Source: Candidatus Tenderia electrophaga
GTDB lineage: Bacteria; Pseudomonadota; Gammaproteobacteria; Tenderiales; Tenderiaceae
Direction: 5' to 3'
Length of the DNA: 64,000 nucleotides
Assembly: GCA_001447805.1 (NCBI GenBank)
Contig: CP013099.1
Span: 2,115,181 to 2,179,180 of the forward strand
Positions 40,792-52,757 of this stretch are shown here, piece by piece. The notes under the pieces were generated by a model. It was not told the origin of the DNA. It saw only the letters and a program-made list of their open reading frames with translations, and did not search any database. Positions within the stretch are counted from its first letter, which is position 1; each line of letters opens with the position of its first letter. The translations under genes and the position numbers were made by a program.

Positions 40792-42876
40792 TTACTTCTT
40801 GGCTTCGCGCTCCTGCACTTCCTTGATGACGTCATCGGCCACATTCTTGGGGCAGGCACTATAGTGTGCGAATTCCATGGAGAACTGGCCGCGACCCGAG
40901 GTCATGGTACGCAGGTCACCGATGTAACCGAACATCTCGGACAGCGGACACTCGGCCTTGATACGCACACCGGTCGGGCCTGATTCCTGGCCCTGGATCA
41001 TGCCGCGGCGACGGTTCAGGTCACCGATGACATCGCCGACGTGATCATCCGGGGTAAACACATCCACCTTCATGATCGGCTCCAGCAACTGCGGGCCGGC
41101 CTTGGGCATGGTCTGACGATAGGCCGCCCTGGCGGCGATCTCATAGGCCACCGCCGAGGAGTCGACCGCGTGGAAGGCACCATCCATCAGGATGACCTTG
41201 AAGTCGAGACAGGGGAAGCCGGCCAGCACGCCCTTTGCGGTGCTTTCTCTGAAGCCCTTCTCCACGGCCGGCCAGAATTCACGCGGTACATTACCGCCGG
41301 TGACCTTGGATTCGAATTCAAAGCCTGAACCCGGTTCGCCTGGCTCGATGACGTAATCGATCTTGGCGAATTGGCCCGAGCCACCCGTCTGTTTCTTATG
41401 GGTATAGCTGTCTTCAGTCCGTTGGGTGATGGTCTCGCGGTAGGCGACCTGAGGCTTGCCCACGTTGACCTCGATGCCATGGGTACGCTTGAGGATATCG
41501 ACCTTGATGTCCAGATGCAGCTCACCCATGCCCTTGATAATGGTCTCGCCGGAATCTTCATCCGTTTCAACGCGGAAGGACGGGTCTTCGGCGATCATCT
41601 TGCCGATGGCGATACCCATCTTCTCAGCAGACGCCTTGTCCTTGGGCGCGATGGCGATAGATATAACCGGTTCGGGGAACACCATGGGCTCCAGGGTGGC
41701 CGGGTTTTTGGGGTCGGCCAGGGTATGTCCGGTTTGCACGTTTTTCATACCCACCACGGCAACGATGTCGCCGGCCTGGGCGCTGTCGCGCTCCTCGCGC
41801 GAATCCGCATGCATCTCGACGATACGGCCGATACGCTCGGTCTTGCCGGTGAAGGTATTCATTACCGTGTCACCCTTGTTCATCTTACCGGTATAGACGC
41901 GCATAAAGGTCAGGGCGCCGAAACGGTCGTCCATGATCTTGAATGCCAGGGCACGCAGTGGACCGTTGGGATCAACGATGGCGAATTTTCCGGTCTCGTT
42001 ACCTTCCAAATCCACCTCAGGCTGAGGATTGACCTCCGTCGGGCTTGGCAAATAATCGACCACGCCGTCCAGCACCAGCTGAACCCCTTTGTTTTTGAAT
42101 GAAGAACCGCAGAAGGTCGGGAAGAAATCCAGATGGATAGTCCCCTTGCGAATGCAACGCTTGAGGTCTTCGATGGACGGCTCTTCGCCTTCCAGATATT
42201 TCTCCATCAAGTCATCGTCCTGCTCGACAGCCGTTTCCACCAACTCGGCGCGATATTCTTCCGCCTTGGCTTTATACGCCTCCGGGATGTCGACGATCTC
42301 GTAGTTGAGCGGATCGCCCGATTCGTCCCAGATCCACGCTTTCATGTTGAGCAGGTCGATGACGCCCTTGAAATCGTCTTCGATGCCGATGGGCAGGGTC
42401 ATCACCAGCGGGCGCGCGGCCAGCACGTTCTTGACCTGGTCGACCACGCGATAGAAATCAGCGCCGATACGGTCAAGCTTGTTGACGTAGATGATGCGCG
42501 CGACCTTGGAGTCGTTGGCGTAACGCCAGTTGGTCTCGGACTGGGGCTCGACGCCGCCGGAACCGCAGAACACGCCGACACCGCCGTCGAGCACCTTCAG
42601 CGAACGATACACCTCGATGGTGAAGTCCACGTGGCCGGGGGTGTCGATAATGTTGAAACGATGATCCTTCCAAAAACAGGTGGTGGCGGCGGACTGGATG
42701 GTGATTCCGCGCTCTCTCTCCTGATCCATGAAATCGGTGGTGGCGGCGCCGTCGTGGACTTCTCCCAGCTTGTGGATCTTACCCGTCAGCTTGAGGATAC
42801 GTTCGGTGGTGGTGGTCTTGCCCGCATCCACGTGCGCGAAAATACCAATGTTTCTGTATTTAGTCAGATCAGTCAT
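40792..42876 (-). CDS. fusA: Elongation factor G (stand-alone copy)
   Basis: [27 protein letters not shown], domains IV/V. Confidence 0.95.
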   Translation of the reverse strand: MTDLTKYRNIGIFAHVDAGKTTTTERILKLTGKIHKLGEVHDGAATTDFMDQERERGITIQSAATTCFWKDHRFNIIDTPGHVDFTIEVYRSLKVLDGGVGVFCGSGGVEPQSETNWRYANDSKVARIIYVNKLDRIGADFYRVVDQVKNVLAARPLVMTLPIGIEDDFKGVIDLLNMKAWIWDESGDPLNYEIVDIPEAYKAKAEEYRAELVETAVEQDDDLMEKYLEGEEPSIEDLKRCIRKGTIHLDFFPTFCGSSFKNKGVQLVLDGVVDYLPSPTEVNPQPEVDLEGNETGKFAIVDPNGPLRALAFKIMDDRFGALTFMRVYTGKMNKGDTVMNTFTGKTERIGRIVEMHADSREERDSAQAGDIVAVVGMKNVQTGHTLADPKNPATLEPMVFPEPVISIAIAPKDKASAEKMGIAIGKMIAEDPSFRVETDEDSGETIIKGMGELHLDIKVDILKRTHGIEVNVGKPQVAYRETITQRTEDSYTHKKQTGGSGQFAKIDYVIEPGEPGSGFEFESKVTGGNVPREFWPAVEKGFRESTAKGVLAGFPCLDFKVILMDGAFHAVDSSAVAYEIAARAAYRQTMPKAGPQLLEPIMKVDVFTPDDHVGDVIGDLNRRRGMIQGQESGPTGVRIKAECPLSEMFGYIGDLRTMTSGRGQFSMEFAHYSACPKNVADDVIKEVQEREAKK

Positions 42877-43225
42877 GTTTCTACTCTAGAGTTGTGTATA
42901 AAATCATTCGGCCGAGCGCTAAAAGCCGGCCCACGTCAAAATGGCCGCTATTTTACATCAAAATCTGTGAAAAAACAGGCAAATACCGGGAGGACAGCAA
43001 AATTCTCCGCGCGCGGCCGGGAATGCCGGTTATCCCCTTGTTTTGTAACGATAGTGAGCCTGGGACGGGGGGAACGGACCCTACCGGCACCCAACACCGC
43101 GGTCAATCACAGTGCAACTGACCGCCGCCGCGGGGAATAGTTCTCCCGAGCGCGCGGCGACCCTCGCCAAACGCCTGATTTATGCCCATACTTGTCAAAG
43201 GCAAAACACTCAGGGAGGAATACAC

Positions 43226-44017
43226 ATGCAGCGTTTATGTTTGTTTGGCGTCCTGCTGGCCGTACTGGCGCTACCGGCGCAGGCCAAGGTCATCGCCGAG
43301 TCGGTCACGTATCAAGCCGGCGACACCCTCCTAAAGGGCTACTTGGTCTATGACGACGCCATCCGGGGCAAACGACCGGGGATTCTCGTGGTGCATGAAT
43401 GGTGGGGGCTGAACGACTATGCACGCATGCGCGCGCGTCTGTTGGCGGAGCAGGGTTATGTGGCGCTGGCACTGGACATGTACGGCGAGGGCAAGCAGGC
43501 CAGCCATCCGGAAGATGCGCAGAAATTCTCCTCTGAAATCGCCAATAACGTCGAGCTGGGCAAACTACGCTTCACCGCGGCGATGGACTTTTTGAAACAA
43601 CAGCCACTCACGGATACCACCGACATCGCCGCTATCGGCTATTGCTTCGGCGGTGCCGTGGTGCTGCAAATGGCGCGCGAGGGGGTCGATCTGGATGCCG
43701 TGGTCAGCTTTCACGGCAGCCTCGGCACCCGCAATCCGGCCGAGGCCGGCGCCGTCAAGGCGCAGATTATGGTCGCCCACGGCGCGCAAGATCCGTTTGT
43801 GAAACCGGAGCAGATCACCGGCTTTATAGATGAGATGAACCAGGCCGAGGCGTTTTACCGCTTTATCATCTACAGCGGCGCCAAGCATTCCTTTACCAAT
43901 CCGGGAGCCGATGAATTCGGCGAAAAATTCGATCTGCCCCTCGAGTACAACCCGCAGGCGGATCGCGATTCCTGGCAGCATATGCAGACTTTTTTGCGCG
44001 ACGCCTTCCTTAAATAG
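43226..44017 (+). CDS. Exported dienelactone hydrolase family protein
   Basis: Signal peptide, HEWWGLN, GYCFGG, AQDP, KHSFTNP. Confidence 0.9.
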   Translation: MQRLCLFGVLLAVLALPAQAKVIAESVTYQAGDTLLKGYLVYDDAIRGKRPGILVVHEWWGLNDYARMRARLLAEQGYVALALDMYGEGKQASHPEDAQKFSSEIANNVELGKLRFTAAMDFLKQQPLTDTTDIAAIGYCFGGAVVLQMAREGVDLDAVVSFHGSLGTRNPAEAGAVKAQIMVAHGAQDPFVKPEQITGFIDEMNQAEAFYRFIIYSGAKHSFTNPGADEFGEKFDLPLEYNPQADRDSWQHMQTFLRDAFLK

Positions 44018-44108
44018 GCCCGCGGCGGCGGCCAGCAAGGCGGCCTCCGCATCGCGGCGCGAAATGTCGTAACCCAGCGACACCCCGGCGGAGATGGCCG
44101 ATCAGGCT

Positions 44109-44249
44109 TCAAAAGCTGATCAAGGATCGGCAATAGCGGTGTTTGGGACCGGCCTGGCAGTGACGCCTCAACAACAGATTGCCGCCCATGAACGCAGCCA
44201 CTGCCAGGATAAGGGTGACGATACCGGCAACAAAGTCTCGCAAGCTCAA
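44109..44249 (-). CDS. Putative 46-aa single-TM protein (not in the ORF track)
   Basis: TTG start: MSLRDFVAGIVTLILAVAAFMGGNLLLRRHCQAGPKHRYCRSLISF; in frame with the upstream amidase. Confidence 0.35.
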   Translation of the reverse strand: MSLRDFVAGIVTLILAVAAFMGGNLLLRRHCQAGPKHRYCRSLISF

Positions 44250-44306
44250 GCCGGACCTGCGTAATTCCGGGTATTGAAAAAAGCGTCCGCTGTGCGCTAA
44301 GACCCG

Positions 44307-44927
44307 CTATTCCAAGCCCTTCTCTTCGATGCTCATAATCGCGGCATAATGGGCGCGGGCGATGCGATCACGCCCCTCCCGCGTCATCAGGCACTCGCGA
44401 CACTCCTGCTCGTTATCCATGAAAAAGTTTTCCGTCAGGATGGCCGGCATACGAGTACGTGTGAGCACGTAGAAATTGGCCTCCTTGTCCACATCACCGT
44501 CCAGGGTGTCGGCGCGCATCCTGATATCGGGGAACTCATTCTTGAATTCATTAAAAAACACCGTTGCCACGGCGTCCGAATCCGTCTCGCCCGGCGAAGT
44601 ATAGACCTCGTATCCGGTGCCGCCACCGGCGTTAGCGTGAATGGATACATAAATACAGTTGCGCTGGTGGTGATAGTTGTTGGCGCGCCGCACCCGTTCG
44701 TTGAGTGAGATATCTTCCAATTCCGGCGCGATATTGACATAGCTGACCCGATCGGCGGTCAGCATCTCAATCAGGCGGTTGACGATGGAGCGGTTGAACT
44801 CGCCTTCATAAAGAATCGCCCCGTCGTCCCATTTGGGACTGCGCTTACCCTCGGTTTGATACAGGCCGTCGATTACGCCGCCATGACCGTTGTCCAGCAA
44901 CCATAGATATCTGCTTGTCATCGCCAT
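44307..44927 (-). CDS. N-acetylmuramoyl-L-alanine amidase (Amidase_3), catalytic domain only
   Basis: LDNGHG, E in LYEGEFN, VSIHANA, PAILTENFFMDN. Confidence 0.9.
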   Translation of the reverse strand: MAMTSRYLWLLDNGHGGVIDGLYQTEGKRSPKWDDGAILYEGEFNRSIVNRLIEMLTADRVSYVNIAPELEDISLNERVRRANNYHHQRNCIYVSIHANAGGGTGYEVYTSPGETDSDAVATVFFNEFKNEFPDIRMRADTLDGDVDKEANFYVLTRTRMPAILTENFFMDNEQECRECLMTREGRDRIARAHYAAIMSIEEKGLE

Positions 44928-44985
44928 CCATCCCTCGTCTGTACGGATATATTTTTAGTTGTAGCATAGTTCAAGTCCACCGCAA

Positions 44986-45441
44986 TCAAAGCAGAGCGCG
45001 CGCCATCACCAGCGCGTCTTCCCGGCCGACATGGCTGGGATAATAATTATTGCGGCAACCCAGTTCGTTAAACCCCATCGAATGATACAGGCTGATTGCT
45101 GCTTGATTGGAGGCGCGCACTTCCAGCAACATCAGCTCGATGTCATGTTTGCGAGCGATTTGCTCGAGCATATGCAACAATCCCCGCCCCAAGCCCGCAC
45201 CGCGGAAATCGGGATGAACACAGACATTCAGCACATGGGCCTCCCCCGCCCCCATGGACATGACGGCATAGCCGACCAGCCGCCCATCCCTCTCCAGCAG
45301 ACCGCCGTAGTAGCCGCTATTGAGGCAATCGCGGAAATTTCCGGCGCTCCAGGGAAAGGTATAGGAAAGGCGCTCCAGCGGCATCACCGTTTCGATGTCG
45401 TCCATTTTCATCGGGCGCAACTGATACGGAGCGGGAAACAT
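44986..45441 (-). CDS. rimI: Ribosomal protein S18 alanine N-acetyltransferase
   Basis: FPWS, EAHVLNVCV, LEVRASN, REDALVM. Confidence 0.9.
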   Translation of the reverse strand: MFPAPYQLRPMKMDDIETVMPLERLSYTFPWSAGNFRDCLNSGYYGGLLERDGRLVGYAVMSMGAGEAHVLNVCVHPDFRGAGLGRGLLHMLEQIARKHDIELMLLEVRASNQAAISLYHSMGFNELGCRNNYYPSHVGREDALVMARALL

Positions 45442-45450
45442 GCGACCGGC

Positions 45451-46167
45451 TCAGTGACTAGCGTTCATCACTTGCCGCGCCAGCAGCAGATCCTGCCAGG
45501 CCTTGCGTTTTTGCGCCGGCGAGCGCAGCAGGTAGGCCGGATGATAGCTGATCACCACCGGAACGCCGGTATCGGCGTATTCGAAGCGTTTGCCGCGCAG
45601 CGCGCCGACGCGCTCATCGGTGTTGAGCAGATTGTGGGCGGCGACGCGTCCGACGGCGAGAATAATCTTGGGTTGGATCAACTCGATTTGGCGTTTGAGA
45701 TAGCCCCGGCAGGCACCGGCTTCGTCCGGCTTGGGGTCGCGATTACCGGGCGGGCGACACTTGACGATGTTGGTGATATAGACCTGTTCACGTTGCAGGC
45801 CGATCGCCAGCAGCATCTGATCCAAGAGCTTGCCGGCGCGGCCGACGAAGGGTTCGCCCTGCTTGTCTTCGTCGGCGCCCGGGGCTTCACCGATGATCAG
45901 CCAGTCGGCCCGATGATCGCCCACACCGGGAACCGCTTGGATGCGGTGTTCATGTAAGGGGCAACGAGTACAGGCACGGACGGTGGCCTCCAGCTCGGGC
46001 CAATCCAAGGCGGCAATGGCCGGGTCGGCATCGGCCGCAGGATCGGAGACTGTGGTGGTGGTGGCGTCGACCGCATCGGCGCCACCGCCCGGCGCCGGGG
46101 ACCGGCGCAGCCGCCAACTCTGGATGCCCATGGCATCCAGATAGGGTTGGCGTTTGTGCTGATCCAT
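45451..46167 (-). CDS. Family-4 uracil-DNA glycosylase
   Basis: [29 protein letters not shown]. Confidence 0.9.
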   Translation of the reverse strand: MDQHKRQPYLDAMGIQSWRLRRSPAPGGGADAVDATTTTVSDPAADADPAIAALDWPELEATVRACTRCPLHEHRIQAVPGVGDHRADWLIIGEAPGADEDKQGEPFVGRAGKLLDQMLLAIGLQREQVYITNIVKCRPPGNRDPKPDEAGACRGYLKRQIELIQPKIILAVGRVAAHNLLNTDERVGALRGKRFEYADTGVPVVISYHPAYLLRSPAQKRKAWQDLLLARQVMNASH

Positions 46168-46185
46168 GGTCCCCTCCCGGTGTCA

Positions 46186-47721
46186 TTAAAGTTGGGGATG
46201 GGCCCGTTCGGCCGCCGCCAGGATCTTGTTCAGGGCGTTGATATAGGCCCGCGCCGAGGCGATGACGATATCGGTATCGGCCCCTTGACCGTTGACGATG
46301 CGGCCACCGCGCTCCAGGCGCACGGTCACCTCGCCCTGGGCGTCGGTGCCGCTGGTGATATTGCTGACCGAATACAGCTGCAGGTCGGCGCCGCTGTCGA
46401 TCACCGCTTCGATGGCCTTGAAGGTCGCGTCCACCGGGCCACTGCCGCGCGACTGGCCCTGCTGTTCTTCGTTGTTGATGCGCAGGGTGATCCGGGCGTC
46501 GGGGGTCTCGCCGGTTTCGGAACAGACCTTCAGGGCGACCAGTTTAACGTATTCGTTCTCGGCCTCCAGATTGACCTCGGTGACCAGGGCCTGCAGATCG
46601 TCGTCGTAGATCTCATGCTTTTTGTCGGCCAGTTCTTTAAAGCGGGCGAAGGTGTCGTTGAGTTCCTCTTCCGAGTCAAAGGCGATGCCCAATTCCTGCA
46701 GGCGGGTGCGGAAGGCGTTGCGCCCCGAGTGTTTACCCAGCACCATGCGGTTGGTACTCCAACCGACGTCTTCGGCGCGCATGATCTCGTAGGTCTCGCG
46801 ATTCTTGAGCACACCGTCCTGGTGAATGCCCGACTCATGGGCGAAGGCGTTGGCGCCGACGATGGCCTTGTTGGGCTGCACCACGAAACCGGTGATGCCC
46901 GAGACCAGGCGGCTGCAGGGCACGATCTGGGCGGTATCCAGGGTGGTATCGCAGGGAAAGATATCCTGGCGCGTGCGCACCGCCATAACGATCTCTTCCA
47001 GCGAGGCATTGCCGGCGCGTTCGCCCAGGCCGTTGATGGTGCACTCCACCTGGCGGGCGCCGTTCATGACCGCCGACAGGGAGTTGGCCACGGCCAGGCC
47101 CAAGTCATTATGACAATGCACCGAGAACACCGCCTTGTCCGCGTTGGGGATGCGCTCGATCAGGTTACGCATCAGGCCGCCGAATTGTTCCGGCACGTTG
47201 TAACCGACCGTGTCCGGGATGTTGATGGTACGGGCGCCGGCCTCAATCACCGCCTCGATCACACGGCAGAGAAAATCCAGCTCGGAGCGGCCGGCGTCTT
47301 CGGGGGAGAACTCGACGTTGTCGGTGTACCGGCGGGCGCGCTGGACCGCCTTCACGGCCTGCTCCACCACCTGGTCCGGCGACATGCGCAGCTTCATCTC
47401 CATATGGATGGGCGAGGTGGCGATGAAGGTGTGGATGCGCGCCGAGTTGGCGCCCTTGAGGGCCTCGCCGGCGCGATCGATGTCCTTGTCCAGGGCGCGG
47501 GCCAGACCACAGACCGTGCTGTCCTTGACGGTATTGGCCACCGCCTGTACCGACTCGAAGTCACCCTGGCTGGCGATGGGAAAACCGGCCTCGATAACGT
47601 CGACGCGCATCTTTTCCAAGGCCTTGGCGATACGGATCTTCTCTTCCTTGGTCATGGAGGCGCCGGGGCTTTGCTCGCCGTCGCGCAAGGTGGTGTCGAA
47701 AATGATTAATTTATCACTCAT
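46186..47721 (-). CDS. leuA: 2-isopropylmalate synthase
   Basis: [32 protein letters not shown]. Confidence 0.96.
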   Translation of the reverse strand: MSDKLIIFDTTLRDGEQSPGASMTKEEKIRIAKALEKMRVDVIEAGFPIASQGDFESVQAVANTVKDSTVCGLARALDKDIDRAGEALKGANSARIHTFIATSPIHMEMKLRMSPDQVVEQAVKAVQRARRYTDNVEFSPEDAGRSELDFLCRVIEAVIEAGARTINIPDTVGYNVPEQFGGLMRNLIERIPNADKAVFSVHCHNDLGLAVANSLSAVMNGARQVECTINGLGERAGNASLEEIVMAVRTRQDIFPCDTTLDTAQIVPCSRLVSGITGFVVQPNKAIVGANAFAHESGIHQDGVLKNRETYEIMRAEDVGWSTNRMVLGKHSGRNAFRTRLQELGIAFDSEEELNDTFARFKELADKKHEIYDDDLQALVTEVNLEAENEYVKLVALKVCSETGETPDARITLRINNEEQQGQSRGSGPVDATFKAIEAVIDSGADLQLYSVSNITSGTDAQGEVTVRLERGGRIVNGQGADTDIVIASARAYINALNKILAAAERAHPQL

Positions 47722-47857
47722 TTTTCAATGCTCCAGTGCTGTGTGCTGATGTTACAGCAGGGCTACATCAGCGGCAAACGGAAGGCTCCGGGGGAACGCT
47801 TTCCGTCGATCAGTGTTCAGGTTTGTATGATTTTGGGCCCGCAACCGGGCTAGGGGA

Positions 47858-47950
47858 TTAGTCTCTGCCCGAAGGCAGCAGTCGCAGGCCGGCGCGCAGC
47901 AAGGCATTGCCGGTGGAGGGAAGGACAAACTGTGGGACCGCTGGAGTCAT
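47858..47950 (-). promoter_or_regulatory. Putative leuA leader peptide (30 aa, 6 Leu)
   Basis: MTPAVPQFVLPSTGNALLRAGLRLLPSGRD*, ending 136 nt upstream of leuA and followed by hairpins. Confidence 0.55.
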
Positions 47951-48023
47951 GAAGCTTTCCGATATTCGTTGGAAGAAATATAACGTCCCCGGCGCCGGTG
48001 CGCAAGCCCGCCGGGGCTGCAAA

Positions 48024-48779
48024 TCACTGCCCTTTGTCGGCCGACTTGCGCGCGGCGCGGCGCTGACGCAACAACACCAAGGTCAGCACCGGACCGGACA
48101 GGGCATAGATGAGCGCCATGGCGAACAGCACACGCGGCGGGTCCAGGGCCACCAGCACGAAGATCGCCACCACCACCAGGATCTTGAAAAACGGCACCTT
48201 GCCCTTGAGATCCAGGTCTTTAAAACTGTTATAACGCACGTTGCTGACCATGAGCACACCGGCGGCGGCCGTCAGCAGGGCCGTGATCCAGCCCAGATCC
48301 CCCCGCACCCAGGCGGCGTCATGCCCCCACCAGACCAGCCCCACCACCAAGGCCGCCGCCGCCGGGCTGGCCAGGCCTTGAAAATAACGCTTATCGATAA
48401 TACCGACCTGGGTATTGAAACGCGCCAGGCGCAACGCGGCACCCGCGGCATAGACAAAGGCGGCGGCGAAGCCCACCTTACCCAGCGGCGTCAATGCCCA
48501 GAGATACATGACCAATGCCGGCGCCAGACCGAAGGACACCATGTCGGCCAGACTATCGTACTCCTTGCCGAAATCACTCTGGGTATTGGTCATGCGTGCC
48601 AGCCGGCCGTCGATGCCGTCCATGAACATGGCGATAAAGATCGCGATTGCCGCCGCTTCGAAGCGACCGCTCATGGCGGCGATGATGGCGAAGAAGCCGG
48701 CAAACAGGCCCGCCGTGGTGAACAGATTGGGCAACAGATAAATACCGCGGCGGCGTTTTTTTTCTGCTTCCGTTTCCAT
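48024..48779 (-). CDS. pssA: CDP-diacylglycerol--serine O-phosphatidyltransferase
   Basis: LPNLFT, DGIDGRLAR, DSLADMVSFG, RLARFN. Confidence 0.93.
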   Translation of the reverse strand: METEAEKKRRRGIYLLPNLFTTAGLFAGFFAIIAAMSGRFEAAAIAIFIAMFMDGIDGRLARMTNTQSDFGKEYDSLADMVSFGLAPALVMYLWALTPLGKVGFAAAFVYAAGAALRLARFNTQVGIIDKRYFQGLASPAAAALVVGLVWWGHDAAWVRGDLGWITALLTAAAGVLMVSNVRYNSFKDLDLKGKVPFFKILVVVAIFVLVALDPPRVLFAMALIYALSGPVLTLVLLRQRRAARKSADKGQ

Positions 48780-48847
48780 TGGCGTTCGCTCTTGCTCCTT
48801 CAGTTCCAGACTAAGGCTCCATTCTTACATCTTCGTGTAATGGATAC

Positions 48848-48881
48848 AAAACAGGGATTGGGCCGCAGCACCAATCCCTGT
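48848..48881 (-). terminator. Intrinsic terminator after ilvC
   Basis: acagggattgg-N9-ccaatccctgt with an A-tract on the left. Confidence 0.6.
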
Positions 48882-48904
48882 AGCGATAGCGTCAAAAACA
48901 AAGA

Positions 48905-49972
<1,068 letters not shown>

Positions 49973-50470
49973 TTACAGCGACAGACTCTTCTCGCCACGG
50001 GCGATGCCCGATACACCTGAGCGCACGGTCTCGATGATCGCTTCCGCGCCCACCGCCTTGAGAAAGGCATCGAGCTTGTCGCCGGTGCCGGTCAGCTCCA
50101 CGGTATAGGTGGAGGTGGTGACATCGATAATATTGCCGCGGAAGATATCCACCAGGCGGTTGATCTCATGGCGCGCCTCGGTGCCCGACTCGGCCTTGAT
50201 CTTGACCAACATCATCTCACGCTCGATGTGGGCGCCTTCGGTGAGATCGATCAGCTTGACCACATCGATCAGCTTATTGAGCTGCTTGGTGATCTGTTCG
50301 ATGATCTCGTCCGAGCCGCGCGTCACCAGGGTCATGCGCGACAGGGATGGATCCTCGGTCGGCGCCACGGTCAGGGATTCGATGTTATAGCCGCGCGCCG
50401 AAAACAGCCCGGCCACACGTGACAGGGCACCCGCTTCATTTTCCATCAAAATCGAAATTATATGCCGCAT
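49973..50470 (-). CDS. ilvH: Acetolactate synthase small subunit
   Basis: MRHIISILMENEAGALSRV, RGYNIESL. Confidence 0.95.
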   Translation of the reverse strand: MRHIISILMENEAGALSRVAGLFSARGYNIESLTVAPTEDPSLSRMTLVTRGSDEIIEQITKQLNKLIDVVKLIDLTEGAHIEREMMLVKIKAESGTEARHEINRLVDIFRGNIIDVTTSTYTVELTGTGDKLDAFLKAVGAEAIIETVRSGVSGIARGEKSLSL

Positions 50471-50474
50471 CGAC

Positions 50475-52172
50475 TTACACCAAAATCATTTCATTCAGGC
50501 CGGCACCGGCCGGGATCATGGGATAGACATTTTCCGTCTGGTCGGTGACGAAATCCAGAAACACCAGCCGGTCTTTGTATTTACCGGTGGCCTCTTCCAA
50601 GGCCGGCACCACATCCTCGGGCTTTTCGATACGCATGCCGATGTGGCCGTAGGATTCGGCCAGCTTGACGAAGTCCGGCAGCGCATCCATGTAGGACATG
50701 GAATAACGGCCCTGATAGAAGAACTCCTGCCACTGCCGCACCATGCCCAAATAACGGTTATTCAAGCAGACGATCTTGATGGGCAGGCCGTACTGCAGAC
50801 AGGTGGACAACTCCTGGATGTTCATCTGGATGCTGCCCTCACCCGTGACGCAGGCAACCACATCCTTGGGGTTGGCGAACTGCGCCCCCATAGCCGCCGG
50901 CAGGCCGAAGCCCATGGTGCCGAGACCGCCGGAATTGATCCAGCGATAGGGCTTGTCGAACTTGTAGAACTGCGCCGCCCACATCTGGTGCTGGCCCACG
51001 TCGGAGGTGACAAAGGCGTTGCCCTTGGTGACATTATAGAGCGACTCGACCACATACTGGGGTTTGATCTGTTCGGACTCACGGTCATACTTCAGGCAGT
51101 CCACCGCGCGCCATTCCTCGATCTGCTTCCACCACTCGGCCATGGCCTTCTTTTCCGGCGTCTTGCCCGATTCATTGACCAGGGCCAACATCTCTTTCAA
51201 GACATGGGTGACGCCGCCGACGATGGGCACGTCGACCTTGACGTTCTTCGAAATCGAGGCCGGATCGATATCCACATGGATGATCTTGGCGGTAGGACAG
51301 AACTTCTCGATATTGCCGGTGACCCGGTCATCGAAACGGGCGCCGATGGCAATGAGCACATCAGAATTGTGCATGGCCATGTTGGCCTCGTAGGTGCCGT
51401 GCATGCCCAGCATACCCAGGAACTGCTTGTCCGTGGCCGGATAGGCGCCCAAGCCCATGAGCGTATTGGTGCAGGGAAAACCCAGCGTCTTCACCAGGTC
51501 GGTGAGCGCCTTGGCGCCGCGGTCCAGAATCACCCCGCCGCCGGTATAGACCATGGGTCGCTGCGCCGACAGCATCAGCTCGACGGCCTTTTGGATCTGG
51601 CGTTTGTTGCCCTTCACCACCGGGTTGTAGGAACGCATCTTGATGCGCTTGGGATAATGATACTCGGCCTTTTCGGCGGTGATGTCCTTCGGGATATCGA
51701 CCACCACAGGTCCGGGCCGACCGGTGGTGGCGACGTAAAAGGCCTTCTTGATGGTCTCCGCCAGCTTGGTGACGTCCTTGACCAGGAAGTTGTGCTTGAC
51801 ACAGGGTCGGGTGATACCGACAGAATCGACCTCCTGGAAGGCATCGTTGCCGATCAAGCTGGTGGGCACCTGGCCGGTGAAGACCACCATCGGGATGGAG
51901 TCCATGTAGGCGGTGGCAATACCGGTGACGGCATTCGTGGCGCCGGGGCCGGAGGTCACCAGCACCACGCCCGGCTTGCCCGAAGAACGTGCATAGCCGT
52001 CGGCGGCATGGGTGGCGGCCTGTTCGTGGCGCACCAGCACGTGCTCGACCTTATCCTGCTTGTAGAGGGCATCGTAGATGTGCAACACGGCCCCACCGGG
52101 GTAGCCGAACACATACTCGACACCTTCATCCTCAAGACAACGGACAAAGATTTCGGCGCCTGTTAATTCCAC
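50475..52172 (-). CDS. ilvI: Acetolactate synthase large subunit
   Basis: [26 protein letters not shown]; GTG start at 52172 after GGAG. Confidence 0.94.
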   Translation of the reverse strand: MELTGAEIFVRCLEDEGVEYVFGYPGGAVLHIYDALYKQDKVEHVLVRHEQAATHAADGYARSSGKPGVVLVTSGPGATNAVTGIATAYMDSIPMVVFTGQVPTSLIGNDAFQEVDSVGITRPCVKHNFLVKDVTKLAETIKKAFYVATTGRPGPVVVDIPKDITAEKAEYHYPKRIKMRSYNPVVKGNKRQIQKAVELMLSAQRPMVYTGGGVILDRGAKALTDLVKTLGFPCTNTLMGLGAYPATDKQFLGMLGMHGTYEANMAMHNSDVLIAIGARFDDRVTGNIEKFCPTAKIIHVDIDPASISKNVKVDVPIVGGVTHVLKEMLALVNESGKTPEKKAMAEWWKQIEEWRAVDCLKYDRESEQIKPQYVVESLYNVTKGNAFVTSDVGQHQMWAAQFYKFDKPYRWINSGGLGTMGFGLPAAMGAQFANPKDVVACVTGEGSIQMNIQELSTCLQYGLPIKIVCLNNRYLGMVRQWQEFFYQGRYSMSYMDALPDFVKLAESYGHIGMRIEKPEDVVPALEEATGKYKDRLVFLDFVTDQTENVYPMIPAGAGLNEMILV

Positions 52173-52412
52173 CTTGGTATCTCCCTCAAAAAACCGTACT
52201 ACTTCAGAAAAAAAAGCCCGCTTAACGGGCAGTTGCATGAATTCGGCGTTTTTGTTCCTAAGAAGGGCTCGAAACTACATTAGAAATCGAGACTTAGTCA
52301 AGCGCTACGCGCGCGGATGGCAGTATATCAGAATTTCACCACGCCGGGCGACTGGCAATGCCGCTGCGAGCCTCGTTATAATTCGCCGAAACCCAGACAC
52401 AACGGAGGTCTC

Positions 52413-52757
52413 ATGCCCTATCTCACGCTTCAAACCAACCAAGGTATTGACGCAAATGACATGCCCGCCGTGCTGGATGCACTTTCCAAAGGCGTCGCCG
52501 CAGCCTTGGGAAAATCGGAAAATTACGTCATGATCGCGCTGGACAGCGCAAAACCCATGTTTTTTGCCGGAAATGATGCCCCCGCCGCCTATGTCGAATT
52601 GAAAAGCCTAGGGCTGCCGGAAGACCAGACGACGCGCTTTTCAGAACAGCTCTGCAGCCTGGTTGAAGCACAGATCGGCGTCCGCCGGGAACGCATCTAT
52701 ATCAACTTCGGCGCGCCAGCCCGGCACATGTGGGGCTGGAATGGAAAGACGTTTTAG
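52413..52757 (+). CDS. MIF/phenylpyruvate tautomerase family protein
   Basis: Catalytic Pro1 (MPYLTLQTN), LGKSENYVM, WGWNGKTF. Confidence 0.88.
   Translation: MPYLTLQTNQGIDANDMPAVLDALSKGVAAALGKSENYVMIALDSAKPMFFAGNDAPAAYVELKSLGLPEDQTTRFSEQLCSLVEAQIGVRRERIYINFGAPARHMWGWNGKTF

Noticed and set aside
44153-44208. 10-bp inverted repeat cctggcagtg/cactgccagg as an ncRNA
   Set aside because: A single stem in GC-rich DNA overlapping the putative small ORF; insufficient evidence.
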